Shown here piece after piece: positions 54,988-64,000 of a DNA stretch of 64,000 nt. The notes beneath the pieces are model-generated. The model did not search any database. It was given only the letters and a program-made list of their open reading frames with translations, and had not been told where the DNA came from. Source of the stretch: Ruditapes philippinarum (Eukaryota). Position numbers and translations under genes: made by a program. The stretch covers positions 1-64,000 of the forward strand of contig NW_026855987.1 of the NCBI RefSeq assembly GCF_026571515.1, given 5' to 3'. Every line of letters begins with the position of its first letter. Position 1 is the stretch's first letter.

Positions 54988-57900
54988 CTTCTTAAAAAAA
55001 GACAAGTTATCCTAATGCCTTGATAGATTATATTACTGTTAGATATTCTGGTGACTGTACTCAAATCTTCTTTTGCTGTAATTCAAAAGGATTGGTAGTG
55101 ACATCTGTAAGTTTCTATGGAACTTTTAAAGAAGTGTTTTTAATAAGTTGTATTAAATGTAACTAATACAATATAACAGGGAAATTAACACTCATAATAT
55201 AGAAATACTGTCATATCATCATCATTATTATCTCAGTGTGTCGGACAATTAAGGCTGCAAATTTCTTCAATAAGTCTCATTACACTTTATCAGAAACAGA
55301 AAGCGCACATCGTTCTTAAATTGCATCATTCATTTCGCTTTGGTTTTAGAAATATTCAACGTTCCACCATCTTGTAAACGAACTAATGACTGTTATGTGG
55401 TTAAATTGGTACCTGAACAATAAGCATATGAACTTCATGATACCAACCAACTGCATACGCATATATATATACATGCCTTGTATATAACATTAAATTTCTT
55501 TTAATCAAAAACACTCATTGTACTTACAAACATATCCATGTATAAACATATACACTGCCAACTTTAAGCCAACTATATGAATATATTCTTAAGGTAAAAA
55601 CGGTAACATACTCAAAAAATGTGCACACTTGTAGGTTTGAACTCGGAAAAACCATGCATGTTTATAACCTGAGATCTTCATAATCTGAACGCTACTTAGA
55701 TTTACGTGTTTACATATATTCTTCTATATTGAAATAAAAATGCAAAATGTAAAAATTGAAGAACTTGAACAACCCATTATATCATAATGGTACGACTTAT
55801 TAATGTAAACTGTAAACGTTATCGTGTTCGACTTATATACTCGTTGTGAAATAATCTATGTTTAAACTAACTGAACAATTATCGTCAATTTAAGAACTAA
55901 CAAGAAAAATATTACATACATTCGTATGGTATATAGACACGATTGCATTCTAACTTCTGTTAAGACTTTTTATGCTTGCTGCATGAAAGGTGTTATGTAA
56001 AATGAACAAACATGTCATCAGTTATTTTATATCTTTAAACATGTTCATGGAATGTAATAAATTTATTTGTGATATAAATCCGTGAATAAATGTATCATAA
56101 TATTAAAGTTGTATGCCTTCAGATGAGAAAAAATGATTTCAAGAAAAGAACAATGCACGATCAATTTATGCTTTAAAACATTTACACAAAATTACCCAAC
56201 TTCCACTGAACAGACCATATGAAAATCTTGCAAACACACAGAGATAGAAATATAAACAATAAAAACCCGTTTTTGCCCGAGTATTTCTTTGTTTTCTGAA
56301 CTCGTAATTCTGGGCACCAGTTTATAAAAAAACTTAGCTTACACGGACACGATCTTTCTTTTTCTTTTTTTTTTATCTTACAGAGCATTAAAAACCATTC
56401 TAATATATTAAAGGTAGAATTTCATGAAAACCATAGTCACAGATTTGAGAAATTATTATATATTTACAAAAAACATCATTATTTGTTATCGATTGATCCA
56501 ATAAAACCAATAAGATACGGTTTGTAAATATTTATTACAAATAAATATAAAAAGGTAATTCCTATCCATGTTAGCTATATTTATAATTCCCGCGTTAAGT
56601 CGCGGTGGTGATTGGGATAATCACGTGATACTGTAACAGCAGCCGTATTACGATACGAAATGCCTGGTCATTTTCGGACAGTTTCTTCAGCCGAAAATAT
56701 AATATGAAATTAATACTTGCAATTCAAAGTTTGTTTGCTACATAAAGATTATCGATTAACTAATTGCAAACCTTTTCATATTGATGTAATGTCATTGGCT
56801 GAAACCATTACGTAATCAATACACATTAAGGTGTTAACTAGTTTCATTAAAATTATGTCTTTAATCGGACATATAACAATTTTATTTACAAATAATTTGA
56901 TAAAAACAATCCCAGAATCATTTAAAATAATTGAATTCATCGAAAAATAATAAATGCATATAAATTGTAAATTTCTGTAACATGACAACTCACCCCCTAA
57001 ACAAAACATAATAGACTCAACCAAAACAAGCGCCTGCTTCTTTACCTAATTATGTAATTGCATGACCATGATTTGCAAACCAAATTTAAGAGCAAAAGCT
57101 ATTGTAAACTAAAAATCGTTAATGCATGATCTCAATAAAGATTGAAGAAAAATAAATTACCGCGTTAATATGATATGTAAATAGTCATAACGTATATAAT
57201 GAAATAAGAGCATATACCGTTGATACGAAGATCTAAGACTTGCTAATATGAATGTAAAACGTCTGTATGCTAATAGCGTTCTCCTTATAATAATGATATA
57301 TAAATAGTTTGTATATAGATAAGACAACATACCATTTTAAGTTACATATAAACCCATCTAACCGAAATATCCTGCATATTTTATTGGTATTGATCGTCCT
57401 ACACTCGTTCATATACCTGTTATTTATAATCTTCTGGATTACAAATAGTTCTACCACGTGATGTTAACAATGTTTGTATAAAGATCGATATCCATTGGAA
57501 AATTAAGTATACTTCGGTTATATTATGATTAAAAAGTACGTCTGACAATGAGTTGCCCAATAATATATAACCGATCGAAATATCATCAATAAGTCCGTTC
57601 TTATACTTTCATTTTGTACTTTCGGTTTTTAAAAACATAAATATAACTAAAAAGATAGTGTACTTTTAAATTTAAATTCAATAAATTGTCTTAATTTAGG
57701 TTGTCTTTACAAATATCAACATTGACTGACTACTGCATAACATGTAGCGTAGGTTAGATTGATCCGCCGTATTTATCCGAAGTTTGGTAGGAAGAATCGA
57801 AAAGTTGTGATTGAATTATCTATCCTGATCCGAACCACAGACACGTGGGATGTGTAGCTCAAAACGCCTTTAATATCAAAGTAAAATGTATATTTGTCAA

Positions 57901-58295
57901 TCCCAGCACATGTGCTGATCATATACAGCTAAGCCGTTTTGAAAAGAAATCATATTTCAACGTCTATAAAAATACACAGGATAAAAATGTTCGCCGGAAA
58001 AAATCCACACACCTACCGTCATAATCACCACGTATTTTATTCCATTTCCAATATTTTCACATATTCCTTTGCTCCATCAACACAGAAGATATAATTCTTC
58101 ATGATGGTGGTCAATTTAAAACTTCAACGTCAATATAAACAACGCAACGGGCGAAATAAACATCAAGACTATCGCCGTTTTAATCCATTTACAAAATCTT
58201 TCGACAAATCAAACGTGGCTCCCAGCTTTGCCGTATACAAATGCGCTGCGATTTGAAGATAAGAACCAGACCCTTTCATTTAAGCAACAACAGTC

Positions 58296-58330
58296 AGGGA
58301 AGAGTTACTTCCCTTACCGGATGTGACGTT
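58296..58330. promoter_or_regulatory. Candidate promoter motifs upstream of the four-module gene
   Basis: Inverted repeat agggaag-agtta-cttccct followed by ETS/CRE-like CCGGATGTGACGT. CpG-richer region with a minus-strand donor-like gtaggt at ~58016. Confidence 0.35.
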
Positions 58331-60325
58331 AATGGGGGATTGTACTATAAAGGCCCCATAGAATTGAAATAGAATAGCTTATTGAAAAGTTAAATGCGTA
58401 AATACTGATAGTTCAATTATAATTATAACATGTAAAACTTTACTCATGCATACCAGGTACGTATATTGATATTATATATACCTGTGCATACATAAAATCA
58501 ATATCAAGACAATAAAAAAGTACAAAAACTAAGATTGAGATTAATTCTCGATACGGAGCGAAATAGCGAAATTTCAAAGTGAATATATAATTATTAGATT
58601 TTCTCTAATGGCAGCATAAAAAGCTAGTAAATAAATCAGATTTTGATACGGGGAAGTCAAAGACCGGGCCCGCAAAGCGGGTCCGGGCTTTGGCTTGCCC
58701 GGCTATAGACTACACGTGTATATGTGAAAGAAAATCAAATAAAAACAATTAAAAAATACATAGAATTCTATACCTATCAATGAAATTTTCAGTGTCAGTT
58801 TTAGTCGGGCGCCGCCATTTACAATGTAACTCAATGATAATACGGGGAAGTCAAAGTCAGGGCACACTCTAAAAGATAGTGAGAGAAATATATTGTTACG
58901 GTTGGTCACACCGGTCGTCAAATAAGGCCTCAACCCGGTACGAAATAAGACCCAAACCGTTTAAATCTAGAAAGTTGTTCTTTTAAATTTGAAGGTTTCC
59001 CAATCTAAGTCATCTTTATTTTGTTTGGTCATACTTAAAGTGTATAAATTGCATCTGTGTAGTCTGTGTGTGTTATATGATAACTTTATGTATTCTCTAG
59101 GACCTCATTTGTTGGCGGAAGGATTAAAGATGTACTATCTACCAGCAGTCATGGTAAATTTATACAGTGTTACAACACAATAAAGATTTCTGAAAAAGTA
59201 GATGGCTAACATATTATATTTCGGGTCTCATTTAACTAAGATAATGGTGACGTTTAAAGTTGAAGGCAGTATATAACCCTTCAAGAACAGTGGAATCGGG
59301 AATAAAGCCTCAAATGTGGCTGATTTACTATAGAACAAAGAATACAAGTACGAGACCACCAATACAGTCGCCACCGTGTACACTCGTCACCTCATAAATG
59401 ATTGTTGAACATGCATTTTTTGTTCAGCTGTCGTTTTTCAATGTTTATAAATTTTGCTACTTAGAATACTTTACATGTAGGAAAATTACGGAGACATACT
59501 TCTATGTACAAAAACAAAAATATTATAACAAAATCTATTTTATAATATGTACAAAAACAAAAAGATAATACAAAAGTTTATTTGATAATAAGTATAAAAG
59601 AAAGATCATCGTTCACAATTACTGCTATATGTTTATATAAAAAGAGTCAATACTAGGTTAGACTTTAATTGTCATTATTTACTGTGGTTTAAGTTAAAGG
59701 TTACTCCTCTAAGTGAGAACACTAGCCTTGAAAGACATTTGATTCTATATTTGAGAAATTTGCCGCTTCAAAAGTTTCACGTCAGTCATTTAATAATTTA
59801 ATACAAAAAGAAATGCTGCACATAGTTGTATATACTGAGGACCAAACAAGCCGATAGTGAATGTATCCTCTGTGTTCCTTGGACCGCTGAAAATAAATTT
59901 GGATAAAATAAGAATAAAGTTTATTTAAACAGAATCAGTTATAAGATAGGGGGTATTGGTCAAATGGCGTCTTTCCAGATATGAGGTACTACCAGATACA
60001 TGTATATGCACGCTGGAAGCTAGTGCAGAAGTATTCAGCAGTATGGGTTTGACGCCACAGCCTCCTTTTCTTGGATTTGACTGATATGTAAAAACCACTC
60101 TGAGCATTTGAACTTTACTTACGTTATTTAGTGGAAATTACACAAAAATATATGAAAATTAAGCATAAATTGACTGATCCATTCTGGAAACGAAGTAAAA
60201 TGCCAAATCCTCATCTGGAATATGCAATGCCCCATACTGACATTTTACGACCACCACTGGTATAAAATCCTGTAAATCGCCTATGATATTTTGAAAATGA
60301 TCAAGTTAATGGAGATTCAATAAAT

Positions 60326-60524
60326 GAGCCGCGTCACGACAAAACCAACATAGTTTGCGACCAGCATGGGTCCAGACTAGCCTGCGCATCCACGAAGTCT
60401 GATCAGGATCCATGCTGGTCGCTATCAGTTTCTCTATTTGTGATTAGACTGCGCGGATGCGCAGGCTGGTCTTGATCTTTGCTGGTCGCAAATGCACTAT
60501 GTTGGTTTTGTCGTGACGCGGCTC
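60326..60524. mobile_element. Sola-like palindromic MITE
   Basis: GAG...CTC termini, TSD AAAT; empty site near 42066. Confidence 0.88.
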
Positions 60525-61131
60525 AAATGCTTTTAATTAACAAGACAACATTATACCACCATACCAAGTGCATATATTTAAGGTTATGTGCATAAAGAGC
60601 CCGTGTCGCAAATAATGACGAAAATTCTCGATTATGTTTGATACTTAGTATGTTGTGAGTACAGTGTGTGATTTAAACAAACTTTTTTTTCAATTTTCAT
60701 GTCTGGAATACATGATATGTCGTGGTTTTGTTATTTAAAATGGGTGAACACCAGTAGGTATGTAAAGCATTCAAAGATATGACATTGGTTCTCAATAAAC
60801 TACATTCATATTTTGTTTCGATACGATGTGTTCTTATTAAAAGTAAACTTTCTATCATTACTTCAATTTTAAAATGTTTAAAAGTTTTTCAGTGAAGATG
60901 GAATACAGTTTGGAAACTGGACAGAACAACCTTACATATATTGGTGAAATGAAGGCACTGACTCAATTATTTGATGCGGAGAAGTAATATTGTTTCAGGT
61001 TATATATTTATTATTAACCACATGCATATCATTGTTAAACATTTAACATGTTGTATAGCATTTAAGTTTGAATTCTTGAAATGTAAAAGTAACCCAAATG
61101 AAAAAGCTATACCAAATACCTTTTTAAGACA

Positions 61132-62475
61132 TTACTTGTCCTTTTTCTCTACATGTTTATCTGTTCTTGCTTTTTCTGGCTTGTCTTCCCCTTTTGCCAT
61201 TGCACCTAAAATAATATCTTTATTAGCGTAGGCAGTATGCATGTCAAGAATTGTATTTTCATAGTCACATAAGCTAATAGCTATCTGAACTGCACAAAAT
61301 GTTATAAAGTAAATGGTTAATTTATATCAAAGCAAATGGCTTTCACATTCATGCTAATCTAGACCTTCGAGGTCATATGATGCCATTGCAGCAGTTTTAA
61401 TGGTGAACGGAAGGATGGATAGCTTAATGGTAGTGAATTAATTTCAGAAAGGAGCGTGCGTTTTGATAGATACAACAATCTTAAACACAAAAAACTTATG
61501 AGTTATATACAACACCTTCTGTTTGTTTCCTTTCCTCTATGACCATCTTTTTATAGAACTCATCACATAGGTGATCCCAAGTACTCTCTCCAGAAGCAAA
61601 GTTGAAGTAGTAAATATCGCCACCTGGATCTTGGCTGCATTGTAACAAAACCATATCATGAAAATAAGTTATTGATGTTGCACATAAAAAATATATTCCA
61701 GACCGTTACCATTTTTATTTCTTTAAAGAATGAATGGTAGGATATGAATTACTTTTTGTCGCTTAATCGCATGGATACTAGGTTACACCAATTTAGCTGG
61801 GAGAGAAATTGAGTTATCACAACATTGATCCTTTACTATTTCCGTTCAAAGAGCAACAATGCAATTCATTGACTTGAAGGAAAGTAACTTCTCAGAAGAA
61901 CAGATATATCGTTCAATCATGTATAATTCAAGCACTTTATTCGTCAATAACTCTGACATTCTCTTTCTCAAAAATGTAAACTTATAACATCCTGTATAAC
62001 TTCAATTCTAAGAGACACTCATTATGTTATAATATTTCATAAAGAAACTATTGAAATAGATGTAATACATGTAATATACATTGTTGGCAGTTTGGCCGTT
62101 TTACTTCAATCACATTAAATCCAGGTAAGTATTTTATAGAAAAATATTTTGATACAAAAACATACCATTTGATATCATTTGATGTTAATATTGAAATATT
62201 TTGAATTTTCAAGATGTATTGTTTATTGTTAGCCGTTTGACTTCAATCACATGTAAGTAATAATATAGAAAATATATTTTGATTAAAAAAACATACCAAG
62301 GCTTCCAATTTTCAGGAAGTTTAGCATTGACACCTTCTCTGGCAATCCAGAGCAAATGTGGTTCCTGGCCAGGGTCTATACCAATACATTCGGCATACTC
62401 ACAAATTTCGTGCTCGGTAGGAACATAGTTTTCATCATAATCCTCCTCAAGGATCAGCTGGTCGTTTATCATCAT
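61132..62475 (-). CDS. CEP164: CEP164-like N-terminal/WW module E (exons 62475-62297, 61634-61516, 61205-61132); probably the terminal module of a second paralog or a stand-alone mini-gene
   Basis: [60 protein letters not shown]|[39 protein letters not shown]|[24 protein letters not shown]. Confidence 0.85.
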
Positions 62476-62557
62476 CTTGAAGAGAGTAAATAGATTTATT
62501 ATAAGTGAGTCATCTTATAGATTAAACTGCTATATTTTCTATTTTGATTTACAGCAT

Positions 62558-62730
62558 TGTAACACCGCATTTTGGGGTCAAACGCACTTTTGGGTCCGAC
62601 CTCAAAGTGCGTTACGTACTTTGGGGTCCGACCCCAGAGTGCGTGACGCACTATTGGGTCCAATTTTGACCCCAAAGTGCGTTAAACAGGTACATATACA
62701 TCAGACAAGCGACCGCACTTTGGGGTCATA
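62558..62730. mobile_element. End of an inserted element with short gaccc(c)aaagtgcg repeats in both orientations
   Basis: Homology to the paralogous introns stops at acagcat. Repeated cgcactttggggtc / gaccccaaagtgcg follow. Confidence 0.55.
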
Positions 62731-63544
62731 AAAAATCAATCAATAAAATGAATTCTCATGATGTTTCAAATAATATGTTGCAGTCAAAGCCAATGGTAAA
62801 CAAAAATCAAGGTATTGAATAGAGGCGAAACATGTGTCCTGAATTATAGTAGAATCAATAGGTATTTTAAAAGAGTGAAGAACTTAAATAAAGAATTTGT
62901 ATCAATTAATAATTTGTAATAATATTTGTAATAATTATAAAATATATTTTTCTCACATTTTTCCATTTATTTCAAAAGAATGTACACCTTTCATTAACTC
63001 CATTGTTTTTAGCTAATTGCATCACTTTCCCGTTTATTTTTATTTATACATTTTATAGAAATATAATAATCTTAGCATAGACAAAGGTATAAATTCTGGG
63101 AAATCTTAATAAGACATTTCAGTAAAAATTGTGCCTGATTATATGTTGAAATGGCCATTTATTTAGCTTATCTAAATGTGACATTTAAAAAATTTGACTA
63201 GGTGTAGATCCAGCCTTAAGTAGTATAAACTATTTGAGTAGTCAATCATTCATAATCAAAGGGCTGCAAGCTCTGTGGTATTTTCTGATCTTTGCAACTA
63301 AATCGTACTGTATTTCTGTATGCATTTTCCTGTATAAATTTATTTTTATATACTATTATTCATCTTGCAGGGCACCGAGATGCAGCGACTGCGTTTAGAT
63401 TTTTTACTGTAACAGTTTGAGTTTGATACATACGGAAATTTGCATGACCAGAGTTGCATCAAAAATCATTTATGTTATTTTTTATGACAGCCACAGTTTA
63501 TTCTTGCATTACGTGGCTTAAAAAAGACACTTAAAAAAATAGTT

Positions 63545-63615
63545 GTCTCGACTGGGATTTGAACCCCAGACCTCTCGTACCTTAGACGAGCACGTAACCC
63601 CTACACCACGGGGAC
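63545..63615 (-). pseudogene. tRNA-like sequence (SINE head or tRNA pseudogene)
   Basis: Minus strand gtccccgtggtgtagggg...ggttcaaatcccagtcgagac with A and B boxes; imperfect stems. Confidence 0.5.
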
Positions 63616-64000
63616 GATATACCGAGAAAACTGAATATATAGAATTTTAGGGTTTGTTATCCTTATTAATTTCGAGGTATTTTGTTCACGATAAACCTGT
63701 TGTTTACCACTGATGTAAATAATTTAGCAAAAATCGTCTCGCCAAAACAGTTTCACATGTATATATCCCACTACTCGATAGTCAGATTTATCTGAAGTAT
63801 TAGGTAATCGACATTGCTAAAATAGCATTTTCATTGATTAAAATGATATTTATCCGCGTAATTTGTGATTGTGCATTTATTGACAATTCAAAAGCACTAC
63901 TTTTAAGCTTTGAACGAGTTGTAATTTGTTGGATACTTCTAACAGAATTAAAAAATTTCCTTCTTTTACACCGCTAATTTTAAGCTGTTTTAAGGTTTTG

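Larger units (their letters stand above)
58880..62557. repeat. Segmental duplication paralogous to ~39570-46303 (after removing TE insertions)
   Basis: Collinear similarity from gagagaaa.atattgttacggttggtca onward through the module exons and their downstream region. Confidence 0.9.

Noticed and set aside
42633-62475. Calling this the full-length CEP164 ortholog
   Set aside because: Only the N-terminal ~125-aa module is present, it is repeated, and it is followed by stops; no coiled-coil exons were found

Overview
AT-rich animal genomic DNA with spliced genes; the repeat repertoire suggests a bivalve mollusc (inference). Bases 1-~3800 look like error-ridden, homopolymer-inflated sequence containing one intact UNC-93-family exon, and an N gap lies at 5133-5319. 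A 4-exon MS4A/CD20-like four-TM gene with a Pro-rich, PPxY-ending tail follows (+, 7370-10857). A TP53INP/DOR autophagy gene lies on the minus strand (CDS 21650-24452, probable 5' UTR exon near 33.6 kb), and a decayed CR1/L2-type LINE lies at ~35-36 kb. The most notable feature is a minus-strand cluster of five copies of only the CEP164 N-terminal (helical + WW, TTBK2-binding) module at 42.6-62.5 kb. Four copies (D-C-B-A) can be spliced in frame through phase-0 Lys-rich linker exons into one 12-exon, ~526-aa four-module protein. The fifth copy (E) looks like the last module of a paralogous gene whose 5' part lies outside the window. Many non-autonomous transposons are present (Sola-like, Kolobok-like, piggyBac-like, Helentron/HINE with a 145-bp satellite, tRNA-SINEs). 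Several have paralogous empty sites inside the window that define their TSDs and help order the duplications. All gene models were assembled by eye from splice consensus and reading frame; no transcript or database evidence was available.
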